From Octopus sinensis (taxonomy: Eukaryota), in contig NC_043005.1 in the NCBI RefSeq assembly GCF_006345805.1, forward strand, positions 11,222,001 to 11,286,000: 64,000 bases of DNA, written 5' to 3'. The first letter of the stretch is position 1, and each line of letters starts with the position of its first letter. This document shows positions 40,530 through 53,743 of the stretch, piece by piece. The position numbers and the translations under genes are program-made. The notes below the pieces were generated by a model. That model made no database searches, had not been told where the DNA came from, and saw only the letters and a list, made by a program, of their open reading frames with translations.

Positions 40530-41700
40530 GTGTTGAGCATTTATTCTCACTGTTCGATATGTCAATGTCTTGTGCCAGTACCCAAGTTGAGGTTTCTTTC
40601 TAATACCTTTACATTGTGCAGCTTTCTCGCAGTTTTGGTGAAAGTTTCAACATCGATAGAATACGTTTCTCTGTTGAGGTTGGTCTATTATTCTTGCTTA
40701 AGTCTAACCATGTTACATTATGATCAAAATCTTTGCCTTCGTTACAAACTTTAGACTAGAATGACTTCATATCTTCCTGGGAAGGGGATCATTTTACAAC
40801 GGTTTTGTTTCTCTCATTCTCCTTTTTGCATCTTGTAGATTAGAAGCGATTTTTTGATTTTCCACTAGCTAACTACATATGCTGACATTTTGTGAAAGCG
40901 GAATTTTTCACTCGGCTTCAGAGTTATTAATTTCGCCTCGAAATTTGGAGTAGAATCGCCGTAGATCTTTGTTAATTTTGCCTGGAGATGTTGATAAGCT
41001 GCAAATTATTATTAATGTTACAATATATAAAAGTATTTAACTGTCAGTTTCTTCGGTGAACATGCTACTTACCTTTGCAAATGTCTCCCAGATATTCCTC
41101 CAGAGTAACAGCAACCAAAAGTTATTGATATTCCAAAAGTTATTTACCACACCATAAGTGATATCGTCAATAACATTTATCCCGTGAATGGTTACTTCCA
41201 TGCCCCCACCCACTCTCGTAAGAAGGAAAGCCTATTATAAATCAATAGCTTAGTCAAATTGGATAAATTGTTTTCGTACTGTGGTTTTAAAATGTTTTCC
41301 AGCTGTATATATATTCAACGTTCGTCCCTATCGGATTAGTATACGGAGATAACAATTTGACACAGTAGTGTGATGGTGACATCGGTGGTATCGGCTTGTT
41401 TACATGCTCATAGGTCGCTATGGCAGTTTTTGTCTGGTTTTCAATAAAGTCGTCTTTCTGACTAGCATCATAATTATCTGAACATCGATTGCTTGCTGCG
41501 CCAGCCATTTTTCGCACGCAGAAATATGCCTGCTGGTGTGACTGTTAAGGTGTGAAGTGGCTTAACTTCGGATGAGATTCTTCCTAGAATATTTTTAATT
41601 GCTTCATATAACCGACAACAACAACCTGCAGCTTTCAAGCTCGACTAAGTTATTTCCCCTCACAATAATGCCGAAATTAATCTTCTTTTCTTTCCAATAA
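40530..41700 (-). pseudogene. Heavily decayed R4-like LINE ORF region upstream of the RT core
   Basis: Frameshifted KVCNEGKDFDHNVTWL...TFTKTARKLHN...YWHKTL resembles the pre-RT region of REL LINEs. Confidence 0.45.
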
Positions 41701-42199
41701 CCATTATTGAAGCACTAGGAAAAGAAATGGGGTCGATATAATCGACTAAAATACCCTTGAAGTTGGTACCCTTCCAGCAGTCACAGTCCAGTAAAAAGAA
41801 AAAAAAAAATAAAAAGTAACTTGAAATGGCTGCAACTGAGAATCGAAACCCACTTTAAATCTTATGAAATATTAAATATTTGTTCGAGTGGTGGTGGGGG
41901 TGGGGGTGAAGGATGTGATGGAATTTCGTTGAGAAGAAATATTTTATCTGTGGACTCAGTCCCCGGTAGTTAGATCTTTGGTACTTATTTCTAGCCTAGT
42001 GGACTGGCACAACATGAAATGAAGTGTTTTGATCATAGACTACCTAATCCGGAAATCGAACCCACAATTTGACGATGTGAGTCCAACGCCCTAATCACAA
42101 GACCACGCGCTTTTATTCCCCTCCAAAAAATACGGAGAAAAACAATCTTATCTGGGTTTGAACCCAGCACTGGAAGTTATGATGCAAAATATTTCAATG

Positions 42200-42800
42200 C
42201 GTTTATTTCAATGCTGTTCTACTACTGTTGTCGCAACTGCTCTAAGTCTATCGAAAATTTTTGTTATTCTGTCACCATATCTCTGATAGCAGTATTTCTG
42301 CTTTTTTCCCTGGTATTTTGAAGTTGGTCAATCGTTATCAGAATCATCTCATATGTGCCAAGCTGTCATGGGAAACAACATTCTGAACAATTTTTTTTTT
42401 CATTTTATTATTTTAGACAATGGAGATTTGCTTGTGGGAACATCTGTCTGATATTGAGCATTGCTAGTAATTCTACTGCTTTCTTGATGCAGTGTTAGGA
42501 GAAGAAAAGAATGTTGATTCAACAATGATCTGCTACACTAAACAAACTTACACAGGTTTTCACTGGAGCAGATACTTCTAGCTGTGGAGAGAATTAGTTC
42601 TTTAATAATTGGAAACCAAAAATTATGAGTCGCTATCTAACACAAACTTTAGTTTTACTTACAAATCTTGATTTGTGTTGGTTTATACTGTAAATCTGAA
42701 ACTTTCCTTCTCAACTAGTTGTAATGTCAAGTCTAATTACATGAGATTTACAACCAAGAAAAATGTGCTTAAATCACAGACACACTTCGAATGTAGATAT
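42200..42800 (-). pseudogene. Decayed Penelope-like RT C-terminal remnant
   Basis: Minus frame has YKPT followed by KELILSTARSICSSENL, PLE-type motifs, many stops. Confidence 0.5.
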
Positions 42801-43159
42801 ATGTATTTCTTTTTTATTTTTGCGCCACTTTTGTAAAGCGATAAAACATATTAACAACTATGTGATCTACCACTTATGCAGATAGTAACTTTTGTTGCTT
42901 TTTTTTATTACCAGTCTGTCATACATCTCATGGAGCTGCTCAACGTCTGGATTGTTATTGCTATTATTGTTGTTGTTGCTGTTGGTGGTGTTGTTTGTGT
43001 TGTTTAGCTCCTAAGTCAATCGTCATTGTGCAGACTTACGGTCTAAATTATTCAAGTCACCCATTTTTGTGTATTGACGACTGTGTCTTACTTTTATTTT
43101 AAATAGAAGAAAATGATGTGAGGAAACTTGCCTGTTATCTCTAATAGGGTGAGTAAACT

Positions 43160-43680
43160 CAAATATGGAGGAGAATAATATAGTGGATGGGAAGGAGGAA
43201 GAGCAGAAGGAGGAGGAAGAAAAGAAGAGGAAGAAGGGGAGGAAGAGGTGGAGGAAGAAGAAGGGGAGGAAGAGGTGGAGGAAGAAAAAGAGGAAGCGGA
43301 GGAAGAAGAAGGGGAAGAGGATGAAGGAGAAAAGGAAGTGGAGGAAGAAAAAGAAGCGGAGAAAGAAGAGGAAGCGGAGGAAGGAGAAGAGGAAGGAAGA
43401 TGAAGGAAGAAGAGGAGAGAGAAGAAGAGGAAGAAGAGAAAGAAGAGGAAGAAGAAGAAGGAAGAAGAAGAGGAAGAAGAAAAGGAAGAAGAAGAAGAAG
43501 AAGAAGAAGAAGAAGAAGGAGGGAAAGAAGGGAACAAAGGGAGGAAGAGGAAGAAGGGAGGAAGCGGAAGATGAGAAGGAAGAGAAAGAAAGGAAAGGAG
43601 TGGAAGAGAGGGAAGAATTGGAGGAAGAGGAGCGAGAAGGAGAGGAAGAGGAGGAGGAAGAAGGAGAGAGAGAAATAGGA
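43160..43680. repeat. GA-rich low-complexity (GAA/GAG) tract
   Basis: Direct inspection. Confidence 0.9.
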
Positions 43681-43905
43681 GACCAAGTTCAGTTCCATAT
43701 GAAAACCGATGTCTGCTTCGGTCGACATCAATATCTTACTGGTGTATCCTTTATCGATCTTGGTGGAATGAAGTCAACTGCAGAAAGATTTTGCACGAAT
43801 ACCTAGACCAGTGATCCTCGCTCTTTTATAACTTTGCCCTCCTTTCTTTTACCCACACTTTTCCCTTACCTCCACCCAGATACGATTCAACAAAATGAAA
43901 TACAC

Positions 43906-44103
43906 CATTGGTTCTCAAACTATGAGTCGCGACCCACAGATGGGTCGCGAACGGAATCTTAGTGGGTCGCAAACAGTTATAAAATTTCGCATTAGCTTTG
44001 ATTAACTGCTGTCTATCGAGATAGTTCAAAACGTATAAGTGGGTCGTCATAAACTGGTGTGATAAATAGTGGGTCGCGACTCTAAAAGGTTTGGGAGCCA
44101 CTG
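43906..44103. mobile_element. hAT-type MITE with perfect 8-bp TSD
   Basis: TIRs cattggttctcaaac and gtttgggagccactg; TSD aaatacac at 43898-43905 and 44104-44111. Confidence 0.92.
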
Positions 44104-44723
44104 AAATACACCACAAAATACTTTTGCCACCAAACTGATTGCTCTTACAAACTCTGTCAGAAGCAATTTCATCAATATAATAGGATATATCAAAATATTT
44201 CGACCATCACTGAATATAGATTGCAAATATTTTTGAGAATTGAGGCAATTAAATGACGCATTCTTTCGGTTTTCTCTGCCGTTCCTTTCGTCTCCTGTAC
44301 CTATATAGAATTTTCGACCATTTTGAGAAGTACTTCCTTAGACAAGTAAATGGAGCAGAAACGTCGATGGCATCATTCAATAAACAAGAACATTATATAT
44401 ATATATATATTTTCGTTATGGCTTGGCGTAGAGAACCCCGAAAGGATGAAAGGCAAAGTCGACTCGGCGGCATTTAAACTCAGAGCGTTAAGACGGACGA
44501 ACTGCCACTAAGCATTTTGTCCGGCTTACTAACCATTCTGCCAGCATCCACTTTAAGAATGGATGCAATATGGAAGGAAGATAGGTGATTGGATAGGAAA
44601 GCGATGGTGTTACGAGACTAGCCAATCCAGAGGAGCAGAATTCACTGCATAAAAAAAGAACCCCCCCCTGTCCAATCGAAAACCAGAATGACTTTGTATG
44701 ATGTACTGTGCTTTTATGTGTTA

Positions 44724-44806
44724 AGCACGATGGCCGAGTGGTTAAGACGTTGGACTTAAGTTCCAATGGACATCTGCCCGCGTGGGTTCGAACCCCACTC
44801 GTGCTA
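44724..44806 (+). tRNA. tRNA-Leu(TAA) gene or young pseudogene
   Basis: 83 nt; acceptor AGCACGA/TCGTGCT-A, anticodon arm TTGGA-CTTAAGT-TCCAA, long variable arm, T arm GTGGG-TTCGAAC-CCCAC, T6 at 44812-44817; mismatches in D stem and variable arm. Confidence 0.88.
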
Positions 44807-44817
44807 AGAAATTTTTT

Positions 44818-44851
44818 GTACATGCTTCGGCAGTACATATACTAAAATTGG
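44818..44851 (+). ncRNA. U6 snRNA 5' fragment (34 nt), 3'-truncated
   Basis: GTACATGCTTCGGCAGTACATATACTAAAATTGG matches the conserved U6 5' stem-loop; similarity stops before the ACAGAG box. Confidence 0.85.
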
Positions 44852-45109
44852 TATTATGCTTTTACTAATTGTTTGAAATACCTATGTCGTCTGGAGCAGA
44901 CATAGACCCGCTCTCGGCATTCCCACTTATAACTCAGTGAAACATCGAAGATATGACAGCTGTGAGTGGGTGAGGTGAAGGTCAGTACTTATTAGAAATG
45001 AGTGGACTGCAACAATGTAAAACGAAGTGGCTTGTTCAAAAGGAATGAAACCTACGACCTTATGACTGTCAGGCTGCCTTCACGATAGAGAGCTCTGTAG
45101 TAGTAATAG

Positions 45110-45495
45110 GTGGAGGCGCAATGGCCCAGTGGTTAGGGCAGCGGACTCGCGGTCGTAGGATCGCGGTTTCGATTCCCAGACCGGGCGTTGTGAGTGTTTA
45201 TTGAACGAAAACACCTAAAAGCTCCACGAGGCTCCGGCAGGGGATGGTGGTGATCCCTGCTGTACTCTTTCACCACAACTTTCTCTCACTCTTACTTCCT
45301 GTTTCTGTTGTACCTGTATTTCAAAGGGCCGGCCTTGTCACTCTCTGTGTCACGCTGAATATCCCCAAGAACTGCGTTAAGGGTACACGTGTCTGTGGAG
45401 TGCTCAGCCACTTACACGTTAATTTCACGAGCAGGCTGTTCCGTTGATCGGATCAACCGGAACCCTCGTCGTCGTAACCGACGGAGTGCTTCTAC
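45110..45495 (+). mobile_element. SINE family D, full length with 12-bp TSD
   Basis: TSD tagtagtaatag at 45098-45109 and 45496-45507. Confidence 0.94.
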
Positions 45496-45723
45496 TAGTA
45501 GTAATAGAAAATGAAGAGTGACGAAAGAGCTCGTCTGGGACGCTTGGTGAATTAGTCGGGCGATCTTATTTTGAATGTGGTTTAGGATTTGTGCGTCTGC
45601 GCTTGTGTAGTTGTGTGTGTGTGTATGTGTGTGATTGCACTCCCATTTCAAGTTACTCGTAGATGTTCAGAAAGAGATTTCACATTTGCTTATATATAAC
45701 TACTACTACTACTACTACTACTA

Positions 45724-45772
<49 letters not shown>

Positions 45773-46144
45773 CAACACCACCACCACCACCACCACTACC
45801 ACTACCACCACCACTTTGGGTTACTACTGAGGTGCAGTTTGAGCTTGATATCAATCCCACCTCTTATTAACCTGATCATACCTTCATGTTATCAGGGAGG
45901 TAATGTGATTTGCATCGCAATCTAAAATCATAATGCTAATCCACACATGGGAATTCTACCGTGGGTCTCACTTTCATCTTTGTGTTACTTATAATTGCTT
46001 CTAATAAACACACAAAGTCTGAAAATTCGGATGAAGAGGGTTAGTCGGGCCCGATACTTAACTGCCATTTTATCGACCTCTGAATGCTGAAATTGAGTTC
46101 ATCTGTATTTGAATGAAGAATGTAGTTTTAAATTTAAAAAAAGA

Positions 46145-46391
46145 GCGCCCTTTTAAAGCCTAGCCAGGCCCATGGGCTCGGTTTCCTGGTTTCTATGGCG
46201 TATGCCGTCCCCAGCTGGACGGGACGCCAGTCCATCGCAGCGTTACTCATTTCTGACAGCTGAGTGGACTGGAGCAATGTGAAATGAAGTGTTTTGCTCA
46301 AGAACACAACGCGTCGCCCAGTCCAGGAATCGAAACCACAATCTTACGATCATGATGCTGACACCCTAACCACTAAGCCACGCGCCTCCAC
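46145..46391 (-). mobile_element. SINE family E
   Basis: Reverse complement of 23592-23839. Confidence 0.92.
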
Positions 46392-46882
46392 GTACTTTTA
46401 AATAATGAGCTGATATTCACCGATAGACAAGTATTGAAAACAACCGTGGTGACTACTTTTCTTTCAATTAAACACCAAAAACGAGGCCTTGAGTGAGATT
46501 CAAATGAACTATTGGATTACTGACGTCATTCAACTAAAGGCTATTAGAAATAATTATAGAAATTATTGCTCATTAATAGCAATATTAGTACTATTTACTT
46601 GTTATCATCTGTCGAAGGCAGTTGTGGATTTTGATATGAAACATAATTTCAGAATAAGTTAATAGTTGTTATTGCGAGAATCTAATTCGTAGTTATTTTT
46701 ATCCTTGTAATTATACATCAGTCTTTTGAGACTTGTTTTACAGCAACGCCGAAACGCGGCATCTATCATCACTTTTAGATAGGAATTGAACATAAAAGTC
46801 CAATTGAACCGAATTAAATGGGAACATAAACCCATGAATAATATACAAACACACTTAAAAATAATATAGAACAATTATATAT

Positions 46883-47298
46883 ATTTCTTTACTGCCCACA
46901 AGGGGCTAAACATAGACGGGACAAACAAGGACAGACAAAGGGATTAAGTCGATTACATCGACCCCAGTGCGAAACAAGTACTTTATCTATCGACCCCGAA
47001 AGGATGAAAGGCAAAGTCGACCTCGGCGGAATTTGAACTCAGAACGTAACGACAGACGAAATACCTATTTCTTTACTACCCACAAGGGGCTAAACATAGA
47101 GGGGACAAACAAGGACAGACAAACGGATTAAATCGATTATCTCGACCCCAGTGCGTAGCTGGTACTTAATTTATCGACCCCGAAAGAATGAACGGAAAAG
47201 TCGACCTCAGCGGAATTTGAACTCAGAAGGTAACGACAGACGAAATACCGCTAAGCATTTCGCCCGGCGTGCTAAGGTTTCTACCAGCTCGCCGCCTT
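46883..47298 (-). mobile_element. SINE family A dimer
   Basis: Head plus two body units. Confidence 0.92.
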
Positions 47299-47450
47299 GT
47301 TTCACTTTCATATCAATCCTGATCGAGCAGACCTATGATCAAAGGTACTCTACCTGTGACTATTCATTATTTTTAAGGCTATACAATAGTACATTTTGAA
47401 GGTTATACATGAGATATAATTGAGCATTTTCAGTATTTAAAACGGTAAGT

Positions 47451-48203
47451 GCGGCGAGCTGGAAGAAACGTTAGCACGCGGGGCGAAATGCTTAGCGGTA
47501 TTTCGTCTGCCATTACGTTCTGAGTTCAAATTCCGCTGAGGTCGACTTTGTCTTTCATCCATTCGGGGTCGATTAAATAAGTACCAGTTACGCACTGGGG
47601 TCGATGTAATCGACATATTCCGTTTGTTTGTCCTTGTTTGTCCTCTCTGTGTTTAGCCCCTTGTGGGTAGTAAATAAATAGGTATTTCGTCTGCCGTTAC
47701 GTTCTGAGTTCAAATTCCGCCGTGGTCGACTTTGCCTTTCATCCTTTCGGGGTCGATTAAATAAGTACCAATTATGCACTGGGGTCGATGTAATCGACTT
47801 AATCCGTTTGTCTGTGCTTGTTTGTCCTCTCTGTTTAGCCCCTTGTGGGTAGTAAATAAATAGGTATTTCGTCTGTCTTTACGTTCTGAGTTCAAATTCC
47901 GCCGAGGTCGACTTTGCCTTTCATTCTTTCGGGGTCGATAAATTAAGAACCAGTTACGCGCTGAGGTCGATGTAATCGACTTAATCCCTTTGTCTGTCCT
48001 TGTTTGTCCTCTCTGTGTTTAGCCCCTTGTGGGTAGTAAAGAAATAGGTATTTCGTTACGTTCTGAGTTCATATTCCGCCGAGGTCAACTTTGCCTTTCA
48101 TCCTTTCGGGGTCGATAAATTAAGTACGAGTTGCGTACTGGGGTCGATCTAATCGACAGGCCCCATCCCCCAAGATTTCTGGCCTTGTGCCTAGAGTAAA
48201 AAA
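47451..48203 (+). mobile_element. SINE family A tetramer array (units 182-184 bp)
   Basis: ggtatttcgt restarts at 47497, 47681, 47863, 48047. Confidence 0.92.
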
Positions 48204-50816
48204 GAGTGGAGTTGTGAAAGATTTGATACTATTTCTAGCAAGTTGAGTGGCCATATAGAGGTTCCATAATTTTTTCATGTATGCATGACTACATCTTAAA
48301 AATATATGGACACAATAAGAATATGAAAATTTTCATTCAGGAAAATACAGAAGCAGTCCTAGTTTTACTGGAGCACCTAATAAAAAAAAAATACTGCAAT
48401 GAATTTAATTTAAGATTCAGATTGGAATAGATTTTGTCCTGTCTGATTGTTTTATAAAGAACAGAAAGTGAAATTTTACTGCAGGTGAAAAAAAAAAAGA
48501 ATTATCTAACTTCAATTACCGATTTTCAGACAGAAAACTCAGTCAAAAAATCTTTACGTATCATCGCCATTGTTTTAAAGAATTGTGTAACCTTATGTCT
48601 ATCTAAAAAAGTATTTTTAGCCTTGATAGAATTTGACTTTTTAATTAACCAGTTCCACCATTCCAGTCATCTCAGTTCACTGTGGCTTTTATATAGAACG
48701 AATGGTTGGTTATAAGCCGTTAAACATTTCTTTGTTCTGCTTCAGTTTTCATACTTTGGCAACAAAAATTCAAATTGTATCTTTGAGTGTCGAACAATAT
48801 TTAAGAAGCTTCGAATTTTGCTGTCTGTAAATGGCCAACTGTTAATATGCGTTTCACCTAGTTTAGTCTATACTGAAGACAGTTACTCAACAAATTTCTT
48901 TCCTGAAATACTTTTGAAAATGTATTACATTCTTGGTATTTGTTATTAAATGGATTTCAACATTCTTAAATACTCATATTGATTGGGCTGAATCCCGCAA
49001 AACATTTTCATAAATTGTAAAAAAAAAAGAAAAAAAAAATCTAGATAAAGATATCGAAATAATTTTTACACTCAATAGTGTTCGGCAATTTGGAATGCTT
49101 CGGATGTAGCAAAATTGCTTATCAAATAGTTTTCTGCTGGAGTAGAAATTTTCAACAATTCGACAATTGAATTTATTTAACACAGCAAGAGCTGCAGGTT
49201 TAGCAGGCTTCCAAATATCGACTAGTTGCACTCGTGATAACTTTCTCTTCGTGAAAAAAGTTTGATTCTATTAAAACGCCTCACTTAGGTTTCCTTAAAT
49301 CAGCAATTTCATACAGTTTCCGCTGTCTATATATATATATATATATCTGTCAACTCTCTCATTTTCTTCTTTTTCTTTCTCGCTTTCTCCCTCCTCCCCT
49401 CTCCATCTCCCTCTCATTCTCTTTCTTTCTCTCTCTGTAATTTAGGTGAATCTAAGAATATAGTTGATTTAGCTTTTGGTATATTTATGCATACAAGATA
49501 TATGTATTAATGCATATTGGATGTTTATTGATAAACACACACACAAACAAAATAACCATATACACATACACACACAGACACATACACACATATATAGGAG
49601 CGCCAGTGATGTGATACACAAACCAGGATGTACATACAATATAGACCAAGAAATACAAATATTAACATTCAAATATCCCTTAACTATTAATATTCGAACA
49701 TCGTATTATATGTTGCGTATATTAGCCAGTGTATAGGTTATTTGTTACTCCATTTTATAGTATTGATCACAAAGTATTTATCAAGATATATGGAAAATTA
49801 TATTATAGGTTAATTGTTTCAGAGTGCTTAGAACTGTTTGTGTATGTATGTATGTATGTATGTATGTATGTATGTGTGTATGTATGTATGTATGTATGTA
49901 TGTATGTATGTATGTATGTATGTATGTATGTATGTATGTATGTGTGTATGAGTGTATGTGCGTGTGTGTGTGTGTATGTGTGTGTGTGTCTGTGTGTGTG
50001 TGTGTCTGTGTGTGTGTACGCTTAGGGGCTGTGGTAATTAGCACACATTAAACACAAAAGGAACATCGATTAATAGAGGCATTAATTCACTGAAGGTTTT
50101 CCACAAGTAGCTAGAAATTGGAACCATGATTGTGTAAAATAAATGAAGTGGAACTAAATGAATATCTGTTATAGTCATATAAATTAACTTCCAGGGAATC
50201 TCTTTCTGCGGCAGTTCACTTCTTCAGTCAGTGAAAAGACGGCTTACCTTTAAAAACTTGTCAGGAACTGTAGTCGGTCATGAAGGATTAGATATGAAGT
50301 GACCGGAACATATGCGAGAATGAAGCGAATGCATTTACATTCAACTGAAAGTTGTAAATAAGATACTTCTAGAGTGAAGTGTTACGAGAATAAATTCAAA
50401 GTATCTAAGAAGTAGGAACTAGATTCGACTAAGTGCCACAAGGTGCATAGAAATTCCGATACAATGGGAAAATTTATTCATAGAGAGTACTCCAGAACTA
50501 AGTAGATATTTTATGAAGCAGTGACCAAAGTCTAAGTGAGAGAAACGAACGGAGTGAGAATATCAAATATACGCACATTGATAATATATACGTATATTTA
50601 CCTTACAGTCATCTTCCGGGATTAGATCATGAGATGTGCGTATGTATGTATGTATGTATGTATGTATGTATGTATGTATGTATGTATGTATGTATGTATG
50701 TATGTATGTATGTATGTATGCATGCATGTATGTATGTATGTATGTTTGTATGTATGTATGTATATATGTATGTATGTATGTATATATGTATGTATGCATG
50801 TATATATGTATGTATG

Positions 50817-50850
<34 letters not shown>

Positions 50851-50852
50851 TG

Positions 50853-50886
<34 letters not shown>

Positions 50887-50890
50887 TGTA

Positions 50891-51679
50891 TGCCATTGTT
50901 CAATTTTATTTCAAGGTTTCTTGCCCATAGAGAAAGAACCGATTTCCAACCTAGATCCAATGCTCCTTAATTGGAATTTCAACATCAGCAAGAGGGTATT
51001 TTTGTATTATGCATGTATGTATGTGTGACTGTGTGTATATATGCAAATTTGAATCTTTTGTTTTATGTATGTATTCTCATGCATATAGTTGCATATCTAG
51101 ACATGCTCATATATATTTAAGTGATACACTTCTGCAAAGTTTTTACAGTTCTAATGATGGATTGGATCTGTAGTCTTCGAATTAGCTTTTTCCTTTTAGT
51201 CATGAGAAGCCTAATTTCTCAAGATTGGTATTTAGGCAGTGTGTTACATGTCTCAGGGCCCGAATAATTACAGGCATGAACCTGAACTTGTAATCTGGAT
51301 AGAGTAACTGCAGATTTCTCAGTAGTTCAACGTAGATATTCTCTTTCTCACTGATGTTCAGCTTCTAGTTAACATCCGCTGGGCAACTAATTTCCATAAC
51401 TGTACACAGTTTCTTTTCTCCATCCCAAATCAGTATATCGGGTCTGTTGTGTTTACATTTTATTGAAGTCTTCACCGGGACATTCCACCAGTACTCCTTT
51501 TCTTTATGAGCGACTATGGTTTCTACCATACAGTGAATTCTTATCTCTTTTTCCTTTGGGTTATCATTCCGACGATTTTCATTATAAGGTGTCGTAGCTA
51601 CAACATCATGTCTCATCGGTATATAAAGCCGTGATGACATTTTCGGACAACTGCTTATGATGTGGGTGATATCTTCGGT
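50891..51679 (-). mobile_element. REL-endonuclease LINE (R4-like) 3' end embedded in (CATA)n
   Basis: EDITHIISSCPKMSSRLYIPMRHDVVA...EYWWNVPVKTSIKCKHNRPDILIWD...EISCPADVN; (TATG)n on both flanks. Confidence 0.88.
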
Positions 51680-51702
51680 ATATGTATGTATGTATGTACG
51701 TT

Positions 51703-51734
<32 letters not shown>

Positions 51735-51780
51735 TGTATGTATGTATGTATGTATGTATGTATGTATGTATGTATGCATG

Positions 51781-51811
<31 letters not shown>

Positions 51812-51879
51812 TGCATGTATGTTAGTATGTATGTATGTATGTATGTAATGTATGTATGTATGTATGTATGTATGTACGT

Positions 51880-51932
<53 letters not shown>

Positions 51933-52460
51933 TGCATGTATGTTAGTATGTATGTATGTATGTATGTAATGTATGTATGTATGTATGTATGTATGTACGT
52001 TTATATGTCTGTATTTATTTATGTATGTAATGTATGTATGTATGTATGTATGTATGTATGTATGTATGTACGTTTATATGTATGTATGTATGTAATGTAT
52101 GTATGTATGTATGTATGTATGTATGTATGTATGTATGTATGCATGTATGTATGTAATGTATGTATGTATGTATTTATTTATGTATGTATGTATGTATGTA
52201 CGTTTATATGTATGTATTTATGTATGTATGTATGTATGTATGTATGTATGTATGTATGCATGTATGTATGTAATGTATGTATGTATGTATGTATGTATGT
52301 ATGTATGTATGTATGTATGTATGCATGTATGTATGTAATGTATGTATGTATGTAATGTTTGTAAGTATGTCTGTATGTATGTATGTATGTATGTATGTAT
52401 GCATGCATGTATGTATGTAATGTATGTATGTATGTATGTATGTATGTATGTATGTATGTA

Positions 52461-52570
52461 TGCCATTGTTCAGTTTATTTCAAGATTTCTTGCCAACAGA
52501 GAAAGAACCTGTTTCTAACCTAGAGCCAAAGCTCCTTCATTGGAATTTCAGTATCAACAGAGTATTTTTG

Positions 52571-52601
<31 letters not shown>

Positions 52602-53490
52602 GTATATGTGCAGATTTGTATGTCTTCTCATGCACTTTGTTGCATGTCTAGAAATCCTCATATGTACTGAAATGATAAACTTCTGGAAAGTTTTACAAAT
52701 TTTTATTGTTCCAGTGATGGCTTGGATCTATAGTCTTCGAATAAGCTTTCTCCTTTTCGGTTCTGAGAAGCTTAATTTCTCAAGATTAGTATTTAGGCAG
52801 TGTATTAGAGTTCCCCAATAATTACAGGTATAAAGCTGTAGACTCCTTACCAGTTCAGCGTAGGTATTTTCTTTTTCGCTGATCTTTAACTTCATGTTAA
52901 CATCCGCTGGGAAGCTGATTTCTTCAATTGTACTGTTTCTCTTCTCTATCCCAAATTATTATGTCAAGTCCATTATGCTTATATTTAATTGAGGCTTTCA
53001 CTGGGACATTCCACCAGTACTCTTTTTTATTATGAATGTCTATGGCCATACTGACCAAACATATTTCATTGGCCTCGGGGTTATCCTAGCGACCGATGTC
53101 ATTATACTGTGTCATAGCTAGAATACCGTCTCATCTGTAGATTTACCGTGATGACATTTTCGGACAATTGTTTATGATGAGTGTTATATCTTTGGTGATA
53201 ATCCCACAAAATCTGCATCGAATATCACATTTTGCTACTTTTCATGCGTCTCTGTCCCTTTTGTGTATCAGGTATTTGGTTGATAATTCTTGATCCTGGA
53301 TTGCAAACATATACCCTTCAAAGTGGGAATTAGTAATCCGGTTGTTGGCCCTTGATAAACTGCTTCCATGAACAATATCACTATAATCTCGGAGCTTTCT
53401 ACTAACATATCCATGCATGATCTTCTGCTGATATACACTCGTCTTTTGATCTTATGATACGTTGCAGTAGAGTCATGAAACTTCTTTAGG
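52461..53490 (-). mobile_element. Second, more diverged copy of the same (CATA)n-tailed LINE
   Basis: SHFEGYMFAIQDQELSTKYL...CRFCG...CPKMSSR...EYWWNVPVK; same 3' junction aacaatggCATACATAC. Confidence 0.85.
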
Positions 53491-53527
53491 CATGTGTGTA
53501 TATTATATCATTTATTGTATATACTTT

Positions 53528-53563
<36 letters not shown>

Positions 53564-53692
53564 TTAATCAGCGGAAATTGCGAGGATGATCCGGTTCTTG
53601 ACTGAAGATTAGAGGCTTCGAATGACCCGTCCGTTTTTTGTGTCATCTATTTGAATGTTTTGCGTTCTTGTCCCATTTTGTATTTTTATATA

Positions 53693-53743
<51 letters not shown>

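Noticed and set aside
42550-42580. 30-bp candidate exon with good splice sites on minus strand
   Set aside because: Lies within a Penelope-like RT remnant (STARSICSSENL)
50245-50345. 97-bp segment with strong acceptor and donor on minus strand
   Set aside because: Stops in all three frames
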